Assembly: GCA_963782055.1 (NCBI GenBank)
Contig: CAWAIF010000003.1
Span: 2,240,001 to 2,304,000 of the forward strand
DNA from: an uncultured delta proteobacterium
Lineage (GTDB): Bacteria > Myxococcota_A > Polyangia > Polyangiales > Polyangiaceae
Length of the DNA: 64,000 nt
Direction of reading: 5' to 3'
Position numbers and translations under genes: made by a program. Of this stretch, positions 19,613-28,588 are shown piece after piece (the first letter of the stretch is position 1; each line of letters begins with the position of its first letter). The notes under the pieces are model-generated. The model was given only the letters and a program-made list of their open reading frames with translations, made no database searches and had not been told where the DNA came from.

Positions 19613-20029
19613 CGGGGGAGGGGGGCAGGCAGTATGCGCATCCGGGGGGCGGATGGCGAGGGGGGGGGTGGCCCCTCCGGGCGCCATGCTCGGGCTCGTG
19701 CTCGCCCGCGCGCAGGCCCACGGTGAGGAGCGGGGGCAGCGCGGTGGGCCTGCACGCGGGCTTGCGCGCGAGCCCTGCGCGTGGCGCCCCTCCCCTCGAT
19801 GTCGCGCTCGCGCGCGCCATCGGGGAGGCTGATCGGCTGGACGCGGCGGACCTCGGCGCGGGAACTGAGTGGGCGGGGCCCTCCTCCGATTTCGTCGAAC
19901 GCGTGTGGGCGTCGCGAGGGGGCTTCGTGCGGTGCCACGCCGGGCGGGCGGAAGGATCGCGCCAGCCTTCCTGGTGCGCGTGCGGGATGCGTCACTGCGG
20001 CTGTCACGCTCCTTCCGCCATGGGAGGGC

Positions 20030-20398
20030 ATGGCACCGCACGAAGCCCCCTCGCTCTTTCTCCTTCACACGTACGCGCGTTCGATGCGCACGGGACCCAC
20101 GCGGTCGGAGGCGATCATGTGGCGGGCGCTGCGGGGGCGGCGGGTTTGTGGGGTGAAGTTCCGGCGGCAGCACGTGCTCGCGGGGAACTACATCGTGGAC
20201 TTCGTGGCGCTGAGCGAGCGGCTGATCGTGGAGGTGGACGGCGGGGTGCACCGGGAGCCGGAGCGGGCGGCGGCGGATGCGGCGCGGCAGCGGGTGCTGG
20301 AGGGGCTCGGGTACCGGGTGATGCGGGTGGCGGCGGAGCTGGTGGAGCGAGACGTGGGCGCCGCGCTCGCCCGGGTGCGCGCGGCGCTGGGGCGGTGA
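20030..20398 (+). CDS. DUF559 (Vsr-like) endonuclease domain protein, copy 1
   Basis: ARSMR..PTRSE..W, KFRRQH..GNYIVDF...[10 protein letters not shown]...D..R...L...GYRV; GGAGG RBS. Confidence 0.9.
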   Translation: MAPHEAPSLFLLHTYARSMRTGPTRSEAIMWRALRGRRVCGVKFRRQHVLAGNYIVDFVALSERLIVEVDGGVHREPERAAADAARQRVLEGLGYRVMRVAAELVERDVGAALARVRAALGR

Positions 20399-20496
20399 CG
20401 CCGGCGGTGGATCTCGTGGACAGGCCCGCCGATATTGGCGGCGTGAGCCGCCGATATTGGCGAGGGGAGGTGGCGGGGGACCGCTGCCGCGGGCCT

Positions 20497-20706
20497 CGCA
20501 CTTTCGCGGTGGACGTGCAGAGGTGCCCGGAGTGCGAGGGCCGCATGAAGCTCGTGGCGATGGTGCAGGAGCCGCGGGGGATCCGGAGGTTCCTCGAGGG
20601 GCTCGGCGCGCCGCACGAGGTCCCGCCGCGCGCGCCGGCTCGCGCTCCTCCTTACTACCGCAGCGCCGTCATCCGCCGCATCGCCGGCGCCCTCGTCGCC
20701 GCCTGA
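20497..20706 (+). pseudogene. IS91/ISCR-family transposase C-terminal fragment
   Basis: [30 protein letters not shown]...PP..PARAPP tail. Confidence 0.8.
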
Positions 20707-21059
20707 CGCTCGCACGGGGCAGGGTCCGGTGCGCGCGCGGGGCGAAAATCGCTCCGTGAGCGTCCCCATCGAGACCGCAAGGGCCACGATGGGGGACGTT
20801 CGCGCCCACCCCCGAGCCGCCGCGAGCCGGCTCCAGACGTGTGGGCCCCATGGAAAACCGCGCTTGAATCGCCTGCTCCTGGTGGCGGCGAGGGTCGCGA
20901 CGACGACGAGGTCGGCGGTCCGGACGTCCCCGGCGCGGTGCGCGTAGAACTCGTAGACCGCCGTCTTGTGGTTGGCGGAGGTGGTGTTGTCGTCGGCGAG
21001 CGCCGCGTTGGCGCCTCCTCCCGCTCCCACTCTCGGTCCCGGTCGGCAGGGCTGTCCCG

Positions 21060-21482
21060 TCAGTCGCCGTCGGCGTCGGTGGTGGCATCGGAGCCGGCGT
21101 CGGCGGCGGCATCCGGTCCCGCGTCCGCGCCCGCGTCGACGCCGGAGCACAGGTCGTTCGTCACCTGGACGGACGAGAACCCCATGCTCGGGCACTGCAC
21201 CGTGACGGGCGCGCCGCCGTCGCACGCGCAGAAGGCGACCTCGCTGAAGCAAGCGTTCTCCGGGTCGTTCTGGCAGGTGGCCTGCGCGTTCGGGGCGCAG
21301 TCTCCGATCTGGAACTCGCAGGTCTGGCCGGGCGCGCAGTCGGTGATGGACGAGCACGGCGTGCCGACGGCCGGCGCCGCCTCGACCGCGGCGTCGTGGT
21401 TGTCGAACTGGCTGCCCGGGTCGTCACAGGCCGTGACGGCGACGCCGAGGACCGCAAGAAGCTGGAGGGAGCGGATGATCAT
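21060..21482 (-). CDS. Small Cys-rich lipoprotein
   Basis: MIIRSLQLLAVLGVAVTAC lipobox; ATGA overlap with the upstream gene. Confidence 0.8.
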   Translation of the reverse strand: MIIRSLQLLAVLGVAVTACDDPGSQFDNHDAAVEAAPAVGTPCSSITDCAPGQTCEFQIGDCAPNAQATCQNDPENACFSEVAFCACDGGAPVTVQCPSMGFSSVQVTNDLCSGVDAGADAGPDAAADAGSDATTDADGD

Positions 21483-21856
21483 CTCTGGATCGCCGCACAT
21501 CCTGAGTACCTAGGGTCCCCGTATTCGCAGACCCCGTCGCGATGACAGCAGCCCCAAGCGTGAATACCCTCGTTGTAGTGATCATAGAGACATTGAGACG
21601 GCTCAGGACAATAGATGGCACTCAAGCGCGGCGTACTCCCAGTCACCGTTCCAGCGTCGTCGCACCCGTCGACCAGGCCACGAGTCACGTCACACCAGTC
21701 CAGCACGCGCCCCGCGTCCCCTGCAGCCTCGGCGTCGGCCGGGCCGCCGTCAGGCCCGATCCCGGCAGCGGCGTCGGCGCTCCCCACGTCGATCCGGCCC
21801 CCGCAGCCGATCGCGCAGACCGTCACCGCGACCGCCACTGCTCTTCTCAGGGGCAT
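21479..21856 (-). CDS. Small Cys-rich lipoprotein, paralog 2
   Basis: MPLRRAVAVAVTVCAIGCGG; WCDVTRGLVDGCDDAG shared with 22045-22413. Confidence 0.8.
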   Translation of the reverse strand: MPLRRAVAVAVTVCAIGCGGRIDVGSADAAAGIGPDGGPADAEAAGDAGRVLDWCDVTRGLVDGCDDAGTVTGSTPRLSAIYCPEPSQCLYDHYNEGIHAWGCCHRDGVCEYGDPRYSGCAAIQR

Positions 21857-22044
21857 CCGTCGCCTCGCTGCGACGAGATCACCTCGTTGCTGGCGTTGAG
21901 CACGCGCGCGGCGGTCGAGCGGTACAGGCAGGTGTCGTCGCCTCCGTCTGCGGAGCGACGTCCGACGGTTGCTGTCGAACTGGCTGCCCGGGTCGTCACA
22001 CGCCGTGACGGCGAGGAGGAGAGCGAGGCAAGCGAGGAAGCGGC

Positions 22045-22413
22045 TCACTTCTGGATGGCCGTGCATCCTGGATATCTCACGTCGCCGTACGCGCAAACCT
22101 CGGTACTACAGCAACCCCAGGCGTGGACCCCAAATTGGCCGTAAAGACACTGATACGGCGACGGACAGTAGATGGTGCTCTTGAGTGGAGTGGCGCCAGT
22201 CACTTCTCCAGCGTCGTCGCACCCGTCGACCAGGCCACGAGTCACGTCACACCAGTCCAGGACCGGATCCGCATCCGCCCCGGCGCCGGCGTCGGCCGGA
22301 CCGCCGTCGGGGAGCGTCCCACCGGCGGCGTCCGCGTCGCCCACGTCGGTCCGCCCGCCGCAGCCGGATACCCAGACCGCGAGCACGACGGACAATGCAC
22401 GCGTCAGGGACAC
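22045..22413 (-). CDS. Small Cys-rich lipoprotein, paralog 1
   Basis: MSLTRALSVVLAVWVSGCGG; start overlaps the S53 protease stop. Confidence 0.8.
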   Translation of the reverse strand: MSLTRALSVVLAVWVSGCGGRTDVGDADAAGGTLPDGGPADAGAGADADPVLDWCDVTRGLVDGCDDAGEVTGATPLKSTIYCPSPYQCLYGQFGVHAWGCCSTEVCAYGDVRYPGCTAIQK

Positions 22414-25400
22414 CCATCACCTCGTTGCAGCGAGACGACCTCATTGCTGGCGTTGAGCACGCGCGCCGTGGCGGAGCGGAATAGGCACGTGTCATCCCCT
22501 CCGTCCGCAGCACGGCGCCCGAAGATCTCGATGCCGCTGATGTGCCACTCGTCGTTGCCTTCGTTGGACAGCTTCAGGTCGAAGTGGTCGATGTTCGCCG
22601 CGACGGGCTGCGTCTTCGTCAGAGAAATCGCTTTGCCGTGTTCGGTGTTGTTGTCGAACTTCGGGTTGCCCCCGTTGTGAATCGTAAGCGTATCGAGTGG
22701 ATTGGGGTTCCCGGGTGTCAGCACGTCCATCACGACTGAATCCCCGGCCCTCAGATCGTCATCCGACGTGTCGATCACCGCCTCGACCGTGTCGAACGGC
22801 TGCGCCGGCACACCCGGCGTGAAGGCCGGGCACCCACTGTCAGTGGGGTCGTTGTTGAAGACCGCCGTCGGTCCCTGGCCTGCCCCGCACGTGCAGCCGA
22901 TGTTGCATGAGGAGCAACCGTCGTTCTCGCTCAGACGCGCCACGCCGGTGTCGGCGGTGTTGCCTAGCTTGCCGCCTGGGTCGCAGCTCGGCTGGGTGGA
23001 CGTGCAGCCGTCGTTGCCGCTCCAGTCGGTGAGGCAGCCCCAGGGCACCTGGGCGCTGGAGGTCCCGAGCCGGACCTGGATCCCGCCGATGTCCCAGTTG
23101 TCGGCGGAGACCCCGCCCTGCCCGTTCTCCAGCAGGTCCACCTCCACCGATGCGACGTCCTGCGGGCGCAGCGGCGGCGAGAGCGTGAACGGCGGCAGAT
23201 CGTGAGTAGTCCCGTCGCCCCACCCCTTCTCGCCCCCCGCCTTGAGCGTGAAGGTCTGCGTCGTGCTGTCGGTCACGTGCAGCTTCAGCACGACGCCGCT
23301 CGCGTCGTTGAGTCCGTCCATCCCCGACTCGACGTGGACGAAGAGCTGGGGGTACGGCGTCCCGAAGCGCGGGATGATGTTGACCATGGAGCACCGCGGC
23401 GTGCCCAGGCCGGTGACGAGATCGTAGCCGGAGACCGCGTTGTAGCCATCGCCGCAGGTGTTGGTGTTGGCGCCGGAGACGATGTCGTTGAACACCGGCA
23501 GCGGCGCGATCCGGTAGAGGAGGGGACTGGCGAAGCCCACCGGCCCCACCCCGAACGCCGCGTTGGCCTGGTTGACGACGGCCATGAAGCCCGCCCAGAG
23601 GGGCGACGAGACGCTGGTCCCGTTGACCGTTCCCGAGGTGTTGCCGAACGGCTTCGAGAACACGGCGAACACGTTGTCTCCCACCATCGCCACGTCGGGG
23701 TTGTTGCGGTTCGTCGCCGAGGCGCCGTTCAGGGCGCTGGCGAGGCCGATCTGGTACGGAGGTATGGGCTGGGAGGTGATGATGCCGCCCCCGCTGCCCG
23801 CGTTTCCGGACTCACTCTGGTACGCGACACCGTTTCCGAACATGCTCAGGGTCGTCCACCCCACGGTCGTCAGCGGGCCGGGGGCGCCGCGGATGTCGGT
23901 CGGGGGCGCTTCCGCCGTGGGCTTGCTTGCGGAGTTCAGCGGACACTGCGTCTGCACGTTCTTCGTCAGCTCGTACTTGCCCTTGTCACCTGACGCCTGG
24001 AAGAACGACTGCCCCTGGACGGCGAACTCCGCCCAGAGATTGAGCGTCCCAGTACCCGTCCGCACCCCCCAGGAGGAGCTGATCTGCCCCGGCAGCCCGA
24101 AACGCGAGGGTCCCTGACCACACGACGATGCACCAGGCTGCGCCATCGCGGCGAAGGCGGAGTCCACCGTGGGCCCGCGGTAGATGACCACCTGCGCCCC
24201 CGGTGCCATGGCCAGGGCGACCTCCGGGTCCAGCGACTGCTCTACGGTCGAGCAGTTCTTCAGGCCCGAGCACGTGGCCCCGCTCGCGCCGCAGAGCACG
24301 ACGCGCTGAACGGGAGGGGAGCTGGTCAACCCCGTGAGGTTCTGGTAGCTGGCGACATCGCCGAGGTTGACGCTGAAGCCACCGGCCTCGAAGATCCCGA
24401 TGGTCTGGCCCTCGCCCCGGAGGGTCGGGCTGCACGACAGGTACGCGTTGCGGACGTCGAAGGAGGCGTACGAGCCGCCGGGCACCGAGCCTCCGGCGGG
24501 CTCGCTGACGAAGAAGTCGTCGATGCCCTGGATGCTCAGGATCGAGACGCTGCTGTCGATCGACGGCTGGCGGTCCGGCTCGTAGAACTGCGTCCCGTCC
24601 GACCGCACACCCATGATGAGGTTGACGTAGAACGCCTGCTCAATCTCTGCCGCCGTGCCCACGACGAGCAGCACGATGCGGTCGGTGAACGTCTGCGTCG
24701 TCAGACCGCGCGTGGTCCCCCAGCCGTCGAGCGCCTGGTAGTCCGCCGGCGAGGCGCCGAACAGGGCGGCGAACTGGGACGTGGTGAGGTACTTGCGGTA
24801 GTCCGCGCTCGACGGATCGGAGACGTTCTTCTGGAGCGCGGCGAGATCGCGCGCGTTACGGATGGGCAGGTCCAGCGAGACGGCGACCTGGGCGCTCGGA
24901 TCGACGGGCGCGGCGACCGGGAGGGCGATGCCGTCGTTGGTGTACGGGAGAGCCTGCAGGCCTGGAGCCGAAGGCGCGAGCCCATCCTGGAACTCGAACG
25001 TCGAGCGCGCCCCGACCTGGATGGCGAAGGCGGCGAAGGCGCCGGTCGCCTGGACATGATCGGCGAAGGACAGCGTGCCGTGGGGCGCGTCCACGAGCGC
25101 CCTGATGGTGTCGCGTGAGCCGAAGGACATGACGGGGGTCGAGCCGAGGTCGTTGCCGAACGCGGTGATGCGCACGGCGCTCGCCTGTCCGCTGGCTGGC
25201 GGACCGATAATCGTGCTGGGCCCGGCGGAGGTGGCCCCGGCGATCCGGATCGTCACGCCCGCCACCGCGGCCTGGACGACGACATGATCGGCGAGCGTCA
25301 CGCTCGTGAACGAGTAGGTACCGCTCTGCAGATCGAGGTGTGCGTGGCTGCCGGCGGTGAGCGTACTGTAACTGCCTGGAGCGAGAACGAGGCTCGTCTT

Positions 25401-25860
25401 CGCCGGCACGTTCACCGCGACGCCGACCGCCCCCGTCCCCGCCAGCGCCAGGGGCGGCGTCGCCGACGGGTACGGCGACTGCGCGCCGAGGCTCTTCGCG
25501 CCGAGGTCGGTGAGCTGGTTCGTCTCGACGTCTCCGACCGAGGAGCCCTTCCCGAGGGAGATGGACGGCGCGACGAGAAGGTGCGCCGCGTCCATCGAGA
25601 CCTGCTTGTCGAGGGTGAGCTGAGTGCCGGAGCCTGCGGGAGCCACCGACGCAACGCCGACGTCTCCGCCCAGGATGGTCGTCTTCTTCGCGATGGCGAC
25701 GCTCTGCTGGCCGTACAGGACGAAGTCACCGAGCTGCGGCAGCACGTTGAGCTTCTGCGAAGACGTCCCGGTGCCGACGTCCGTCGCGCAGGCTCCGAGC
25801 AGCGCGAAGACTACCAGCGCGAGGCGAGGCGAGGCGAGGCGAGGCGAGGCGAGGCGACAT
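22404..25860 (-). CDS. S53 (sedolisin/kumamolisin) peptidase with pro-domain; ATG at 25860 is out of frame across a (GCCTC)7 repeat
   Basis: EQSLD (E-x3-D), ASGDKG, PDVA, GTSVSSP and GYDLVTGLGTP motifs. The signal peptide ALVVFALLGAC lies in the protease frame with no in-frame ATG. Confidence 0.88.
25821..25855. repeat. Pentanucleotide microsatellite (GAGGC)7
   Basis: Seven perfect units directly after the ATG of the S53 gene. Confidence 0.95.
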
Positions 25861-26369
25861 CACGATCCCCCCTTCTGATCGCGGGGACCGATTTCCGCCG
25901 CTGATTGCCAAGCTACCAGCTGCGATCTGCAGGACAAGTGACAAGTTCGTCGCAGCCCGAGATCGGTGGGATACCCGCTCACCCAAGTTCCTCTCGCGCA
26001 CGGGCCCGCGCCTCTCGCCTCCGCGCCCCCCCGCCCCTCTCGCCGCGCTCGCGCTCTCGCTCGCGGCCGACGACGCCCGGCGGCGGCGGCACCGATTGCT
26101 GCGAAGCGCCGCCCCCTTCTCCTTCCCCCTCACCGGGGTGAGAGCAAGCGCGGGCGCGGGCGCGAGCGCGAGTGGGGGCGCGGGGCGGGACGTCGCTGAC
26201 AGGTGTGGGGAAGGGCATCGCTCGGGGTGGGTCATCGTCCCGCCGTGCTCGGAGTCCGCAAGGCCGGGGCCGTCCTCGCTTCGCTCGCAGCCTTGTCGAC
26301 TCCTGCGCGCGGCGGGCTTGGACATGCGCCCCCGCGCAGGGTGCGCGGGCGCATGCAAGGAGTCGGACG

Positions 26370-26693
26370 ATGTTGCGAATCTATCCTGTGCTGCTGGAGC
26401 TCGTGCGGGCGCTGGCACCTCTGGTGCGAGAGCTGGAGCGGCATGATCCGGATCTCGCGCGGCAGTGCCGGCGCGCGCTGGCCAGCGCGCCGCTCAACGT
26501 GGCCGAGGGGATGTACTCGCAGGGGCGAAACCGGAGGGCGCGCTACCACGACGCCCTCGGCTCGCTCCGCGAGGTGCTGGCTTGCTTCGAGGTGGCCACC
26601 GCGCTCGGCTACTTGCCGGAGCTCGAGGACGGACTGCGCGATCGCGTGGATCACGTGCTCGGCACGCTGGTGCGCCTCGTCGGGGCGCGCTGA
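26370..26693 (+). CDS. Four-helix-bundle protein (23S rRNA IVP-like)
   Basis: [17 protein letters not shown]...A.GS.RE motif; AGGAG RBS. Confidence 0.88.
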   Translation: MLRIYPVLLELVRALAPLVRELERHDPDLARQCRRALASAPLNVAEGMYSQGRNRRARYHDALGSLREVLACFEVATALGYLPELEDGLRDRVDHVLGTLVRLVGAR

Positions 26694-26754
26694 GGCGCAC
26701 CATCGGCAACGTTGCTGACGAATGGAACCACCGTAGTTGGCAGCTCTCTACCGC

Positions 26755-27019
26755 CGCGGCGGTCCACCGCGACCGTGGCGGCGACCGGCTCGAGCGAGTC
26801 GATGGGCGGTCGCTCCAGGCGCTCCAGGAACTGCCGCGCGTACGGGGAGAAGCTCTCGACGAAGCGCCGCTGCCCCTCGGCGTAGAGCGTGTCCATCGCG
26901 AGCGAGGACTTGCCCGCGCCGCTCGGCCCGGTGACGGCCACGAGCACGCCGGCCCGGAGGTCCAGGTCGACGGAGCGGAGGTTGTGGGTGCGGGCGCCGC
27001 GCAGGCGGATGGGGTGCAT
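26755..27019 (-). pseudogene. uvrA: uvrA 5' fragment (copy 2, about 88 codons)
   Basis: Same UvrA N-terminus, breaking off after VAVDRR. Confidence 0.9.
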
Positions 27020-27434
27020 CGGGGAGGGGGGCAGGCAGTATGCGCATCCGGGGGGCGGATGGCGAGGGGGGGGTGGCCCCTCCGGGCGCCATGCTCGGGC
27101 TCGTGCTCGCCCGCGCGCGTGCCGACGCGGGGGGCGATGTGCACGGGCGTCGGCACGCACGCGGGCTTGCGCGCGAGCCCTGCGCGTGGCGCCCCTCCCC
27201 TCGATGTCGCGCTTCCGCGTGCCATCGGGGAGGCTGATCGGCTGCACGGGGCGGACCTCGGCGCGGGAACTGAGTGGGCGGGGCCCTCCTCCGATTTCGT
27301 CGAGCGCGTGTGGGCGTCGCGAGGGGGCTTCGTGCGGTGCCACGCCGGGCGGGCGGAAGGATCGCGCCAGCCTTCCTGGTGCGCGTGCGGGATGCGTCAC
27401 TGCGGCTGTCACGCTCCTTCCGCCATGGGAGGGC

Positions 27435-27803
27435 ATGGCACCGCACGAAGCCCCCTCGCTCTTTCTCCTTCACACGTACGCGCGTTCGATGCGCACGGGA
27501 CCCACGCGGTCGGAGGCGATCATGTGGCGGGCGCTGCGGGGGCGGCGGGTTTGTGGGGTGAAGTTCCGGCGGCAGCACCTGCTCGCGGGGAACTACATCG
27601 TGGACTTCGTGGCGCTGAGCGAGCGGCTGATCGTGGAGGTGGACGGCGGGGTGCACCGGGAGCCGGAGCGGGCGGCGGCGGATGCGGCGCGGCAGCGGGT
27701 GCTGGAGCGGCTCGGGTACCGGGTGCTGCGGGTGGCGGCGGAGCTCGTCGAGCGGGATGTGGGCGCCGCGCTCGCCCGGGTGCGCGCGGCGCTGGGGCGG
27801 TGA
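27435..27803 (+). CDS. DUF559 endonuclease domain protein, copy 2
   Basis: Near-identical to 20030-20398. Confidence 0.9.
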   Translation: MAPHEAPSLFLLHTYARSMRTGPTRSEAIMWRALRGRRVCGVKFRRQHLLAGNYIVDFVALSERLIVEVDGGVHREPERAAADAARQRVLERLGYRVLRVAAELVERDVGAALARVRAALGR

Positions 27804-27901
27804 GCCGGGCGGCGGACCTCGTGGACAGGCCCGCCGATATTGGCGGCGTGAGCCGCCGATATTGGCGAGGGGAGGTGACGGGGGACCGCTGCCGCGGGCC
27901 T

Positions 27902-28111
27902 CGCACTTTCGCGGTGGACGTGCAGAGGTGCCCGGAGTGCGAGGGCCGCATGAAGCTCGTCGCCCTGGTGCAGGAGCCGCGGGGGATCCGGAGGTTCCTC
28001 GAGGGGCTCGGCGCGCCGCACGAGGTCCCGCCGCGCGCGCCCGCCCGCGCTCCTCCCTGCTACCGCAGCGCCGTCATCCGCCGCATCGCCGGCGCCCTCG
28101 TCGCCGCCTGA
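27902..28111 (+). pseudogene. IS91/ISCR-family transposase C-terminal fragment, copy 2
   Basis: [19 protein letters not shown]...PARAPP. Confidence 0.8.
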
Positions 28112-28588
28112 CGCTCGCACCTCGCACCGGGCACGGAGCGGTGCGCGCGCGAGGCGAAGATCAGCCGGCGAGTGGCGCCATCGAGGCCGCGAGGGCCACG
28201 ACGGGGACGTCCGGGCGCAGCACCATCACGCCGCCTGGGGCGCGCGCGAAGCGGCGCGGTCGTGGGAAACCGCGCTCGAATCCCGTACGCTCCACCCCCG
28301 TGCAGACGCGATGATGTCCCATCGCGCCCGTGCAGCCGGGAGACTGAGCGCCGGGAGTTTCCGTCGGTGTAGAGCACTTGCCGGTAGAGCGACTCCACGC
28401 GGCATACATCCGCGCCTCACATGCGACCGAACTGGTGGTCTGCAGGCGATCAGGCGCCCGGCGGGCGGACTCGCGTCGTACTCTTGATGGAGGTCGGCTC
28501 GGGTGCAGGGAGGGTGGCATGAAGATCGTGCAGGCAGGCAGGCAGGCAGAGCCATGATGTTCCGAGCCCGCTCGCGTACGTCGCGGTA

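Larger units (their letters stand above)
19348..20880 (+). repeat. ~1.5-kb duplicated unit, copy 1 (uvrA 5' end, DUF559, IS91-like transposase tail, ori-like end)
   Basis: Near-identical to 26755-28120 up to 20715, then more diverged up to the GCTTGAATC motif. Confidence 0.92.
26755..28293 (+). repeat. ~1.5-kb duplicated unit, copy 2
   Basis: Matches 19348-20880. Confidence 0.92.

Noticed and set aside
21479..22260. Lipoprotein paralogs as a DGR TR/VR pair
   Set aside because: Differences include indels and many synonymous changes at all bases, not adenine-specific substitutions.
19244..27019. Functional uvrA genes
   Set aside because: Only about 88-123 N-terminal codons are present; the rest is not in the window.
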